From: Takakia lepidozioides
Lineage: Eukaryota; Plantae; Bryophyta
DNA length: 64,000 bases
Assembly (NCBI GenBank): GCA_030704615.1
Contig: CM060731.1
Coordinates: 85,684,001-85,748,000 of the forward strand
Direction: 5' to 3'
Of the stretch, positions 36,641-49,859 are shown in pieces. A model generated the notes under the pieces. That model saw only the letters and a program-made list of their open reading frames with translations, was not told the origin of the DNA and ran no database searches. A program made the translations under genes and the position numbers. Numbering within the stretch: the stretch's first letter is position 1; the number at the start of each line of letters is the position of its first letter.

Positions 36641-39600
36641 AAACTCTCAATGGAAGAAGAGGCGAGGACGAACACAAGAAGAATAAAAAGCAATAAATAA
36701 TATGAGGAAAAGTACTTCGCAGTTGGAGGAACCGTCGCTTACTTACGGGAGCCTTTGTATTCACGACGCTTGGGAGCTCGGGAAGACTCTCTGAATCTGC
36801 GGAAGGAAGGCGGTCTGCTCGCAGTGGTCGTGGCAGACCGAGGCGAGGTCAGCAGCGGGAAATGGAGGTGGAGGGCACTGAAACGAAAATGCGTACGAAA
36901 AGGAGAGAGAGAGAGGCATCGGAAGACCACACGACTTGCGTGAAGAAGAAGTTCAAACTAACAGCAGAAGGGTCATGCAGAACGATGTGGTGCGTCATCA
37001 TTGGCACCGGCAACGCCGTCATCGCATTTAAGACGGACAGCAGACCCGTTCTCTAGCAGAGTGTTCAGTAGACGGACTGTCCAGTGGACATGCAGCACGC
37101 GGTCATCATTGGGGCCGCATGCGCCGTCCACGCATTTAATAGGTCCGGCAGACCCACTGTCCAACAGACTGCCAAGTGCCCACTTCCCAACAGACTGCCG
37201 CTGCAACTGGCTGTCGGGCAGCGTCGACCAGCAGACATTGACGTGCTGGAAATGACGGCCCAACAGACCCATCTCAAACAGACTTGCCGCACAAAAGACT
37301 TGGCGAACTGGTAGCCGAACATACTGATATCCCAAGAGAGCGATTGTCATGTTTGCCACCGTCGTCGCATTTAACAGGGTCCACCAGTCTCCCACGTTCT
37401 GATGTGGACGGCCCAACAGACCCAGTACAAACAGACTTGCGGCAGTCGAACAGACTGAAGTGGCAGTCCAGCAGACGGCCTGGAGTCCAACAGTCCCAAG
37501 AAAGCATTTGTCCTGCAAAAGATGATTTAATTAGTGTAGCAGACTTGGACGTGGTGCAAAGTCCGGCCGAACAGACCCACTGTGAACAGACTGGAGGCAC
37601 AACAGACTGATAAAGTGGCGTCCGACAGACAGACACATATTGGAAGAGACCGACTTTCAGGTGACCGTCGAGAGAAGAAACTGAGCAGAAAAGCGTCATA
37701 TCTATCCAATGCAGTGGTGGGCCACCAGAGCCAACGCGAACAGACTCGTAGCAGAACTGATAAAGTGAGTCTAACAGACTGATATTGATACAGATCCAGT
37801 GTCTCGCCGACGGACGGTTCAACAGACTCAGGAGAGAAGAAGCGAGAAGACTGACGGGAGAAGCGACTGAGGGTAAACAAGAAACTCGATTGTCCTCAAT
37901 TGTCCTTATCGTGTCAATGGACATGATCGAGTCTTGAGGGCCTCAAACATCCATGCACACTTGCGGAATGTCAGCACATGTCTGAGCATGGTTCCGCAGG
38001 TGTAAATGGATGTTTGAGGACCGTAGGACAAGATCTTGTCCGCTGAGACGATAAGCAGTAATGCTGCAGTCTGCTGCCAACCCCTCTATCATATGATCTG
38101 GATCCTTCAGGAAGCATTGGATCTTCAGGATTTCCATTATGCTAAACTTCTGCACGCTCTTGCACGCCGTTTATCCTTCGTCCCCTAAACAGTCCTATCG
38201 TCCGATATGAAATCTGCAATGTATACACGCCCCCATGAGCATATGCTTCCGCGATTTCCGCCTTCATGGGGTCCGTTGCAATACGAAGGGGTATCATGAG
38301 GGACCAGAAGCAGATGACGATATGGAGGACAGATAAGGCAGTAGCAATTTTATGACATACAAGCATACCATAAAGCCTAACCTTCCCTAAAGCACAACAA
38401 GAAGGCCAAAATAGTAGAAGCATATGCACGATGGTGGCTGTAGAGCCCGGCCCGCCAGTCCTGTCTTGTTCAGGCACACCCTTCATCATCATCAACGTCG
38501 CTCGTGCACAAGAAGAAGACGGCGTGCGTGGAAACGCCCTCCGCAACATCCGACAACAAAGAGCCCTCATAAGAGAGGGGCCGGTTTTGGTGGCAGGGTT
38601 TAGATTTTCCTAGCCCTAAAAAAGGAGGGCTCGGATGGGTTTTGAAAATGGATGGATCTGGATGGCCACGGACTGGAGGGCAGACTGGAGGCCAGCGGAC
38701 TGATAGCAGACTGGAGGCCAGCGGATTGATAGCAGATTGGAGGCCAGCGTCCTGATAGCAGATTAGAGGGCAGGCTGGGAGGCAGCGGACTGGGGGCGCG
38801 GGCGCGGCTGGGCGACCGCGCGCAGCGGCGGGGGCGGGGGGTGGCCGGGTGGGGGGAGACGAGCGTCCGTGCGCGGGGCCCACCGGTCAGCTCGCGCGTG
38901 CGCCATAACGTCCCAATTATTGTAAAATGAGAGGCTCAATTAATTACGATTAATAAATATATCTCTATCTCTTATACTAAAAACTAACACAAATATTTAC
39001 AAAGAAAATAAATATCAAATTGGTTAGCTATGATAAAATTTTGTTATTTGCCTAATAAATAAAATTCACACTAGGACATCTCTCTTGAAAAAGCTATATA
39101 TATATATAAAGAAATAATAATTTTTTATACCGAGGCTAATTACACATTTGCGTTAATTATCTCTAAAATATTGTTTTCTTAAATACGCAACTAAGTTAGT
39201 ACTAACCGTTGGATACCAAATTACAAACGCAAAACTTATAAGAATATATATATATAACTTAAATTTTATAATACATCCATAGCAGCCCCTGGAGTTAGGC
39301 GGCGCCTTCGGGACCTAACCTAGCTCCGTCTAACACGAACCCTAAATTAAGTATGCAATCGTTAATGGGGTACATTAATGGTTGACAGTGTACAAGGTTG
39401 AAAACTTAGTCACTTCACCAGTAACATGTCGTATATCCATCCAACGAGTGGCATTTGTGCATATTACCCAATGAGTGGCTGCATAAATTTTTTAAATGAA
39501 AGGTGTCTAAATGTAGGGATCATAACTACACACAAATGCAGGGAAGTGTGCTTGCCTCTTCTGTATCATTGGGGTTGACTGCAACATCGTTATCTGAACT

Positions 39601-40129
39601 GCGTGGCCCCTTCTTCAAATCTGCAGCACAAATTGGCTATATTCATTGAACCCGACGGTGTCTTCATGAAAAGCCAGGCTACTGACTGCACTGGTGGTGT
39701 TTCCTGGTGATAACTAACCAGGAATCTGTTTTGAAGCTACTCAACCCTTCATTAGTGCCAATGATAGTCATATTATCAGTGAGGTAACACAGTTCAGTAG
39801 TGTTTTTAGGTTGTCCAGGCGAAGACGCCAATACATAGCAGCATCAGAGTTAGGGTTGCTACACTCTTGTCCATCCTTTTTGGCCCTTTTGTGTCACATT
39901 GGCAGTATCATATCAAAGTCACTCCAAACTATCAAAAGTTCACTCAACCAGCTAGAGACGTTTCAGCTCCTCATAGTCATTGTTTCATATCAATGGAATA
40001 ATTTTTCAACATGAATTGTGTCTATCAGATGCATGATGGTTGATTGATAAAATTTTCATCTTCCGATATTGGTCCCATAGGCATTCCGATTTTTTATTTT
40101 ATTTTTTCCGACAACGTCCATACATATTG

Positions 40130-40545
40130 TTTTTGGATAATGCTGCAATGGGAAATCGGCGCCGACTTGTCCCCACTAGCAAATAAACGGCGGCCCGTAT
40201 TTTCTATCTCGTTTTCCTGCTCTTTTTTCTCAGCACTTTTCTGCGCCATTTTATGTGTATTTTATAACGAGCTTTGCGCGGATAAAGGGCAAATTGGCGC
40301 TGGCTTCCCCACACTTGTTTACATACAACCGTCCGATTTTAATTTCGTTTCCTGTTCCATTTTTGGTGCATTTTCTTTTCTTTTTCGTGGGTTTTGGGGA
40401 TAATTCGGCGCCGATTTACCCCAGAACCGTCGCCATTTACACCTCGCGGAATTAGGTGGTGTAGTGTGTATTCCGCCGAATCTGTCAAGATACGCCTCCG
40501 ATTCTCTTCTGCTCATGCTCATGGCCGGTCTGCTCAGCACTCATG
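40130..40545. mobile_element. Subterminal fragment of the ParB-MTase MULE family
   Basis: AATTCGGCGCCGATTT-type motifs ending in GCTCATGCTCATG. Confidence 0.5.
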
Positions 40546-40719
40546 GAAAAACAATCCCCGTCTCTTCATGAGGTACTCCCGAAAGAAATGCGACAGTCGT
40601 TGTATGAGGTCTTATCCCATAAATGATGGTGCCTGTCCCCCAGTCCGTTCGTGTTCTGGATTGGACCAACCATGGCCTCCCTAATAGGAGTGCATACAAA
40701 TACTCATCAATGGGGAAGT

Positions 40720-42356
40720 CTATGATTGGAAAGTATACTGTTTGGATAGAGTAGAGAGCGGCATGATGTTGACTGAGCTCCCATCATCCACTAAACAACG
40801 CCGTATGAATCGGTCAGCAATTTTCACCTCTATCTCCACTGGTCCCGGGTCGACATGAGCATTGATGTGGTGGGCCTGAGCGGAAGTGCTTACCCGCTTA
40901 CTTACCAAAGACGCCTTGAGAGCGTGGCGGACTGTGAGCGCCATAGCTATGAGCTGGGCAAATGTGATGTTTGCCTGAATGTGTCAAAGATCCTCCATTA
41001 GGTTGTACGGGTCCAATTCATCGGTGAACCGCATGGTGGAATGCATCCTCCTCCGGGGAAGCTTTTCCGGTGTCGTCGGCCGATTTGTCGGGCTTTTCGC
41101 TCTTGATGCAGGTGGTCGGGAAATGGTGGGTCCGACTACTGGAGGCTCGGTTTATGCTAACGCTACCTCCTTTTCCTTGGGATGGATGTCCTCCTACTCC
41201 CGAAGTACAGTCTCCGTCACCTTTCGTGCATCTGACTTCATTATAGTCAAGTTCAGATCCTCCTATTCTGATGCGGACGTGGCTGACTCCGATGCCACAT
41301 AGCCATGGCCCTTCCCTAGCGTATCTCGTTGCTATCGGGTGATCCCGGCATAGTTACCTTTCTCGGGGCTAGCTTAAGTGGTTGGGGTGGCTCCTAGCTC
41401 ACTCGCAATCCAATTTACTTTGTGCTACGTCTCATGTTGGCGCATTGCATGGCTAGGTTGTACGTTGGTCTGCTGCTTCTGAGGAGGTGCCAAGGTGGAC
41501 GCCTGATGTCCTCCTGACACCTACATCCTGAGGGGGAGACCTGACGAGCCCTGAGCGCGCGCGGTCAGGGCGACGACATACTAGCTAGGGGGGTCGTGGT
41601 AAGTTGCGGTGTAGGTTGGGCTCATGCCTACCCGGCTGCGGTTAGTGCAGGGGGTCCCTGGTCGTGCATGATGGAAATGGTCACTATCTAATTCCTACCG
41701 GCAGAAGCAGGTCACGTACTCCGCTTCACAGGGAGAGTTTGCGTTTCCTAAGTCCTACGAAGTTCTACCATCTACTAAGTAACTGCATTCCAAGTCTTTT
41801 GTTTATTATTATTTCCTAACACCTAAGCTTACGAGCGCCTATAGCCGGGATGTGTGGTAATCCCTTCACAAGGCACCTACCAAGCCTAGGGAGGAGAGCG
41901 ATAATCTTCCTCTCACACCGCCCCTCCTTCACCGAGTGCCTGAGTTCAAGTCACTCCTGGTGGAAAGGGCTAATGCTCCCCAACTCTCATGCCCAATGGC
42001 TTTGTTTAGGCTAAGGGAAGGCCAACATACCTATCATCAGTCAATAGGTGCAAGAAAAACGAATCCAAGTCCCTTACGCGAATAAGTTCAAGAGGTGTAA
42101 TAACCTCCTATCAACTTTACAAGTCAAATCCTATGTATTAAGCCAATTTAAGCAAGTTCGCCATAAAGAAATGATAGAAAATAAAGGAAAATTAGAGAAA
42201 TCCAGAAAATACCTACCCTTATGGGAAATCCCGTGGGGATTCAAACAATGCTCTTGGCACCTAGAATGGACCCTGGGAACCCCTTTAGAACCAGATAATA
42301 GCCGCGGAACCCCCGTGAATTGTTCCCTGCCATGGGGAACGACCCTGGCTACCAGA
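40720..42356 (-). mobile_element. Degenerate Ty3/Gypsy fragment (protease, remnant gag, PBS-like TGGTAGCCAGGG before TG at 42357)
   Basis: RRCLVDDGSSVNIM protease motif, and ...GGCTACCA-GA-TG junction. Confidence 0.65.
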
Positions 42357-43934
42357 TGAACGAAACTCGTGCAGATTTCATCCCTGCCAATTCATCCGTC
42401 AAGTCTGAAACGTGCATGCTCACATGCTAAGGCAATCAAATGGTGGGACCAAGCCTGATTCCTCACACTTATATTAAATAAAGGGGCCTGAGGCGCTTTC
42501 CTCCCTTTGGAAACGATCATCCCCTACTTGGGCTCTGACACAACTTGGCACTGTAGCCGGATTTCAGGATAGAGTACTTTTGCTCATCCCTAGTCTCTCG
42601 ACGTTTCAGTCTCTCTCATCGACTTAGAGACCCTCTGAGCCACTTCTCTGGCATATAAGAAAGCCCCTTCAGGGCCTAAGCTCTCCCCCAATCTTAGAAT
42701 TTTTCCTCCATGGGAGCCCTGGTTTCAAGGACTACAACCCTTAAAGGGGTATAAATTAAAACAGATAGTAGAAGGTTAGAAAACCCCCTTAAAGATATCA
42801 CCACTGTTGTATCCGCAGGGTAACCGCCGCCCGCCCACGTGGTGGGCGTGGCTCCGCGCGGGCCGGTCCAAGATGCAAACCGCCGGTCCCTGCCGCGGTT
42901 AAGCTGGCGTCCGCGGGTCCCTGGGTCCAAATGTATTATCCGGCGGGTAAAGACCCACCTCCCTGCACGCGTGATCGTCCCTGCTCCTCAGGCCACGCGA
43001 CTATGTCCTTTTCTGTGGTACGGGGAACGAAGGAAGTCAGCCTGGGGTCCTCCGTGGCCCATACGCCTGGCGCCAGCCACGGCCACCGTCCCCGCTTCCT
43101 TACTTTAGTGCCTAGCTATGGGGCGCAGCACCCGGGAGAACCTCGGGCTGCTCGCGATGGTGGGCAGGTCCTATCAGTCAGAAAAAACAACCTCCCATAA
43201 CCCAAAAAAAAACACTCCCCTCCCCTAGGCTTCCATAGCCTTGCTTGGGGGGGGTCAAATTAGCACATAGAGAGGCCTTAGAGTGGCCTAAAACATACCT
43301 TCAGCCTGCTGGTACCTGTTTCCAGAGCTGGTATATGGTGTCAATCAGTCACTAAGGACATAATTATTTCACTCCTTTACCAAGGTAAACAAAAGCTCAA
43401 TGGTAGTCCTTCCATTGGCGTCATGGGGTCTTCCCCTTGTCAAACATGACTCAAAATCAACATAGATTTGCAAGACATCCACCTCTTCAGAGGGCTTTAA
43501 TTCAATCAGTTTTTTCAGTATTCAAGATCAAGCTTGCTAAACAACAAACTTCTCATACATAAAGGGGGAAGTGAGGATCTGACAACCTTCCAATGTGAGT
43601 GTGCTTGAGATGCTCTAATGACTCGAAGGTGGTACTCTAGGCAGCCTCCTCTACATGGATTTGCACATAACCTCCTTCATGAATTCCCAAAGGGCCTCAA
43701 GGCCAAAATGAACTAGGCTTCCTTGCCTTAGCTCTCAACACATCTACCTAACTAGGGAGCTTCAAGCTCCACTCCCTAGGATCTAGCCCTCCTCAAGCAA
43801 TTATGAAACAGTAAGACAATAAGAAATCACATGTTTATGGTGAACTGGACGTAAGTTTGATTGAAAACCTTGCAGACTTCAGGCAGACAAGGACGACAAC
43901 ACATGGAGAACAACAAGAACTCAGGCACAACAAG

Positions 43935-44612
43935 AACTGATGCGCCACATTTTTTACCAACAAGTAAGGCATGTAACATTTGGACGGAAATGCGGCGCCG
44001 CATTTCTGTCCAACATGTAAACCCTGTGACTGTGGATCGGAAATGCGGCACCGCATTTTCGTCCGCGGTGTACCTTTGTACTTTACTGGATGGAAATGTG
44101 GAGCAACATTTCCGACCAACTATTAAGGCATGTAACAGTTGGACGGAAATGCGGCACCGCATTTCCGTCCGCGGTGTACTTTGTACTTTACTGGACGGAA
44201 ATGCGGAGCAGCATTTCCGACCAACTATTAAGGCATGTAACAGTTGGACGGAAATGCGGCATTTCCGTCTGAGGTGAACCTTTGTATTTTCTAGCATGTA
44301 AGGCCTGTAACTGTCCAACGGAAATGCGGCACCGCATTTCCGTCCAACAAGTAAGGTATGTAACAGTCGAATGGAAATGCCCTGCCGCATTTCCATTGTG
44401 ATTGTAAATCATGAAACAGTGCAACTGAAATGCGGCACCGCATTTCCGTCCGAGGTGTACCTTCCGAATTTCCAGAACGGAAATGCAGCGCCGCATTTCC
44501 GTCCAACATGTAAGGCATGCAACAGTGGAACAGAAATCTGGCACCGCATTTCCGTTTTGGATGAAAGTCATAAAACAGTGGAATGGAAATGCGGTGCCGC
44601 ATTTCCGTTTTG
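43935..44612. repeat. 53-bp-period array of the palindrome GGAAATGCGG(CA/CG)CCGCATTTCC
   Basis: Palindrome starts at 43986, 44039, 44092, 44145, 44197, 44250, then 44320, 44373, 44426, 44479, 44532, 44585. Confidence 0.92.
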
Positions 44613-45379
44613 CAATGACGCAATGGCGTGAGCGCGTGAGCGCGCGAGCGTACACTCAGGAGTGACGTGGCGTGAGCGTCATGTCAGCAGGCTGATGTGG
44701 CGGCAAATGATGACGTGGCACTGCGCCTTCATCTACCAAGTCAGCATTAACATGCGTCGCCTATAACCAATGATGGTCCTATGACCGTGGGATTAATGCA
44801 GGGAATCTTTGGTTGAATACAATCAAGACTATCATCATGAGGCCTACAATTGTAGCATCCAACATTGTGCAATTACAAATGTTTGTTTCACTTTTACAAT
44901 TACGAGGACGAGAAAATATCCTCACAAAGTGTGCGCCATAGAGGCTGCCACGGGAAGACCTTGCTCCCTCCCCAAATAACAATGAGTGTTAGGATCATCT
45001 TCAAAAGATGATTGCAGTGCATAGCGACAGGAAGACATGTAGACTTCGAACGGTGCAATGATGCATGCGCTTTTTAAAATTGCCACTCAGAGCTCACTCA
45101 GTAGTTGGAGGTTTGCTATTTCATGAGCATGAGCGGCATGAGCGGCATGAGCGGCATGAGCAGAGTAGTAACACAATCGGTTTTCATGAGCAGAAGTACA
45201 AATTTCGAAAATTAAAAACAATAAAAAAAAACAATAAAAAACAATAAAAAACAATAATTTAATGCAATGTGTCAGGAAAAACAAATATATTATTCGGCCC
45301 CTTGAAGGGAAAATTGCACTTTTGACAGTTGTGCTCATGAAATTTCGTCTTCCGCTCATGCCAATTCCCAGCGACATGT

Positions 45380-45820
45380 GCAAATATGGCGCCGAATTTC
45401 GCGGTAATAGGGTCCGTAACCTGAAAAAACGGCGGCGTATTTCGCGGCAATAGGTCTGTCTGGCGAAAAATGGTGCCGAATTCCGCGGCTATAGGTCCCC
45501 TCATGACAGGTAATTCGGCGCCATTTTTCCAGTGCATGTTCGGACTTAGCCAGTTTCGGCGCAAAATAGGGAAATTCGGCGCCATTTTTCCAGACACTGT
45601 ACCAGTGCATGTTGGGACTTAGCCAGTTTTCGGCCAAAAAAGAGAAATTCGGCGCCATTTTTCCAGACACGGTACCAGTGCATGTTGGGACTTAGCCAGT
45701 TTTCGGCCCCAAAAAGAGAAATTCGGCGCCATTTTCCCAAACACAGGTACCAGTGCATGTTGGGACTTAGCGAGTTTTCGGCCCCAAAAAGAGAAATTTC
45801 GGCGCCATTTTTCCAGAAAT
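45380..45820. repeat. Subterminal array, 73-75-bp units containing GAAATTCGGCGCC and GGACTTAGC
   Basis: Unit starts at 45529, 45602, 45675 and 45750. Confidence 0.88.
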
Positions 45821-45971
45821 GGCCCCAGAACTGCTTCTGTTGGATCTCAGTTTGAATGGAATATTGCCTCATTCCAGGAGTTTTGGGGTGCATTTCATTA
45901 CACTGCAAAAAAAAGTCTGATACAGCAAAATGCATTTGAAAATATCCATATGGAGGATTCCGTTTGCCCCA

Positions 45972-48900
45972 TCAATGATTTCTGGAATCCCTAAGGAGGA
46001 GTTTGTGCAGCTCGTTCACGCTCAACGCCGGTGCATGAATAAAGTCATCAATAGTCACGTTCATCCTCAACCTCTTCAGGTAAATGTAATACAGATGCTT
46101 GCACGGATAATACTTCGAACCCTTCTTTGCTTCCATCAACGAGAAGTCCGTACAGTTGCAAGTCGGCTCCACTCCAATCGTAATTGTGTATACATCGTCG
46201 CGTACAGCCGAGCCGGCCGTTGCCATCCGATACACACGCCCAAGGCCGGGTGGGGGTACGTCCACGGAGCTCTGAATAGTGCAAGCCATCCCAAGAGCAT
46301 TGGCAATCCGAGTCTCATTCAACTTGTTGGGAGGGTGTCGTCTCTTCACTCTTCCGAATCGCATTGTGGGATGTGCAGAATTGTCCAATCCGTCTCTACT
46401 GGACCGAGCAGTATGCAATGGCTGGGTCTGAGGAACCGGAAATGCGTGGGCCGGGATGTCTGTGCGTTGCACCATTCGAAATCCTGCTGCAGATAGAGCA
46501 TCCGCCTCATTCTGAGAGAGGCTGCAACCCGGTGCAACAGGCCAGACGCCCGGAGGCTCCGGCATTCCCTGAATCCCGTACTTGGGCTTGCCAAATACAC
46601 AGGTCATTATGTCGTGCCTACAGAACCAAAATGTCTGCGTTGTGGCGTGAGCAAATGTGGGAGTCAAAAATCTGCCGCTGAAACAAGGTGCAGGTACAGC
46701 ACCGTGTGGGTTCCTCCGAATCATCTCACCACAGCGTGCTCTCGTATCCACCCGGATGGCGCAACACTTCCCTCGAAATGCCGGCAATGTCCTCGCAATT
46801 CTCCACTGTGACTCCGACACTCTTGTCTCCACAATGGGAATGTTGTATTGCTTTACTACAGATGGCTCGTTATGTTGCCGGGGCACGCGCCCTGTGCTCA
46901 AGGAGATGGCGATCTTGAACGTGCAGGACTTCCGGTGCTCGACGAGACCTCCTCGGACAACATCACCGGACCACGAGGGAGCGTGCGAATATTCTTGTCA
47001 GCTCGCCATGAATCCTCTTCTCCGCCAGGTGCCTCGTCAAGTCTTCGTCTCACTGGACGGGTATGAACATCTCCTTCCAAATGTTGGCCTCTTCGCAGCA
47101 ATGGCGTGTCCCGAAGGCCCTCTCGCAAGGCCGCCGCCCACTTCCGAGGATTCTTCGATCTGGAGGCAGTCCGCATCAGCATTTCCTGCCTGTCCGGCCC
47201 CAAGCCCCACTGTTTCCCTTTCAAGAACTCGTTGTACCTGCATTGCTGCATAATTGACCTCACAATGTCCTCCGTTGTGGCAGTGAGGATGTCCACCAGA
47301 TGCGCCGCAGAGGAGGCACGCCAGGAAGAGTGCACTGATTCGGCCATGTTTGTCGTGGGCATGTCGGTGTCGGAGTCGAGACACATTTCCTGCACAAGCA
47401 CATGTTGAGGTTACAAGCAAGTTACAAATATGGCCAAGAATAATATCCAACGGGACGCGAATTCGTGCAACTCACCTCCCGCATATAGTCGCCGAACTGG
47501 AGGAAACGATAATGCCACCATGCTAGCCAACTGACCATTGCTCCTTCGTCTGATTTCCTTACAGCACCTGACGATGTCCACCAAGCCCGTATGCATGCAA
47601 ACTGTGTCTCTGCATCATCCAAGGTGGGAGCGCGCTTCACGCAAGGCACATGGAACGGTGCTCCTCTCTGAAATCTGGCGCCACGAGCCTGGTTGTGTAC
47701 TGCGAAAGGCTCTGCAGAAAGTGGAACCCACAAGATCTCTCCTTGCCTTCCATGGGAACATTGGGGTCTTGCCCGTACACCCTTCGGATGGCAGCCCAAT
47801 TTGCTTGTGCGTTGTCCGCCATGAAACCACGGAAATTGGGAGGGGGCAATCCCGCCTTGGCCATCTGTTCGTTTATTCCCTGCCAAAGAAGCATCTCCGA
47901 TTGTGTGTCCTCTCCTTTCATCTCACAAATAGCAATTGTCATTAGCATCCTGCAGTGGGTGTCGTAGACATGTGCACCCATTGTCACCCACTGGTGATTT
48001 GTAATTCGCTTGATATGGTCGAACATGACCCAACTGTTTGACAAGTTCCCACTCGTCATCCTGTCGACCAGTTCGACGCCACTGCCAGGTCCACACGTGG
48101 ACATTTTGAATACGAAACAACGATCTGCCTCAGTCCCTTGTCCTGGAAACCTACTTCCATGAATGTAGTCATATCCACATCGTCGCTTCACCTCCAGAAT
48201 GGAGTGCATATCCGAGCCACGCCCAATTTTCTGTTTGCATGAGACAATGTGGTTTCGGACATTCGGTGAACATACGTGGGACACCGACTCCAGCAATGCC
48301 TCCATTTCCTTCTCGTCGAGAGGAACTCTATCCGAGCCGTCTTCCGACATAATTCTGGCCAATGCCATCTTATGGGCGGCTTGGAGCTGTATCTGTTTGG
48401 GTTTGGCACCCGGTCTCAACTTAACCTCCTCCTGAACGAGCTGCTCTGCTTCGTGGGCAGCCTCCCGCGAGTTCCCCCTCGCCAATTTGTGACAATGGGA
48501 ACCAACGTGTATGCAAGCTCGGGTGAGGTCAGGGAAACGGTGCAACACATAGAACTGCTTGGCATTACAAACAGACATGCAGTGTGGTGGTTCTTTGCAA
48601 TGCGCACACTTAAATGTGGAGTTCGGAACCTTCTCCTGAGCTCGAAATGGTTGGTGAGCTGTGCCTGTCCAATCGGTCTCGTTCCTGTGACCTCTGGATT
48701 TAAAGTGGAAGCAAGTTGGGGAGAAACACCGCAACGCGCCCGCACAAACAACGTAGCGCACCCGCACACCATCAAGCATCTTCATGCTGGTGGTTTTGGT
48801 AACGCACCAAGGATGACCGTCATGTTTTCTATCCATATCTGTCAACATTCCGGACGCCCTCGAGTAGTCCGCCCGAGGAGGGAACTCAAAGAAGACATTA

Positions 48901-49562
48901 CCGTCGACGTCGGCGGGAAGGCATGTAACCGATTTAATTGCGAACTTGCTGTAGTCCAGCCCGGCCAGCTCCGACCGGTGTCCCTCCAGGTGAAGCCCTC
49001 GCAGAATTTCTAGAATAGATCGAACTGCGGTGCTCGTGCTGGGAATATGACTCCCTCCTCCACTGACGTCCATTGAGGACTTGCCTGATCTCCAGGACGA
49101 CCTCGGAACTTCCATGACCTCGTCTGAGTCGGACAGGTTGTGAACAACCCGGTTCTCGGTCGTCTTCATGGATGGGTTCGGCTCTGGATTTACTTCGTTG
49201 CGGACTTCTCTCTTTGAGGTACCCACTCTCTGATTCGCGGATTGTTTCGTGGAAGGCGCCAGGATAGACGGTGCATTTGGCGGGCAAATGAAGTCCCCAA
49301 CAGCCCTGTATATGACGCTGTCCGATGGTGGAACTCGCCATTCCCTGCCATCGCCGAAATCATCGTGGAGCACAACAATACTCTCGACAACAAGGCCGTT
49401 TGAGTCCTTCCTTTCCTCCTCCAAAAAAACCGACCCCGGTTTCAGGTGGTATCGAACGCACAGATATTTCTCCATCACCCGGCAGGTGTCCCCTCTGCAC
49501 GGAAATGAAGCTCTATGCTCGTGAGGAGGGCAGTACACTGTAGCGCTCGGGTTTTCCGCCAT
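45972..49562 (-). CDS. MULE transposase (WRKY/GCM-like Zn domain, DDE core, C-terminal SWIM); one intron, two -1 frameshifts
   Basis: DGHPW..CAGALRC..CAHC..HVGSHCH; WVMFDH, FMADNAQAN, CGFH, TTNMAESVH; SWIM CNCTDF...CKH. Intron ~47475-47390. Frameshifts near 47638 and 46900. Confidence 0.9.
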
Positions 49563-49859
49563 GGGAGATGTGCACACAAGACTGCCAGGATGGCGTGCGG
49601 GGAAGCTCCCTGGTAGAAGGGGGTGCAGCGATGGGAATGAATGCGATGCCGATTTGTCCGAGCGACGAAGCCTGATCCAAATCCAGGGAGCCAACTATCT
49701 CAAAAATCCACAGTCAGAGTGTTAATGAACCTTGTCTCCGGAATGCGGCCCCTCGTCTTTGCGCAATAACTGCCAACGGTATGCAGTCAGAAAGTGGGGG
49801 GCCGTCCGGATGATGACGGCTGAAGGGGATAAGCCGGCACCGTGCCGTCACATTACTAC

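Noticed and set aside
38900-39300. AT-rich island as an origin or promoter
   Set aside because: No supporting structure beyond base composition.
43935-44612. CRISPR-like array (palindromic repeat plus constant-length spacers)
   Set aside because: Spacers fall into a few mutually related classes and some are duplicated. There are no cas genes and the context is a eukaryotic TE region.
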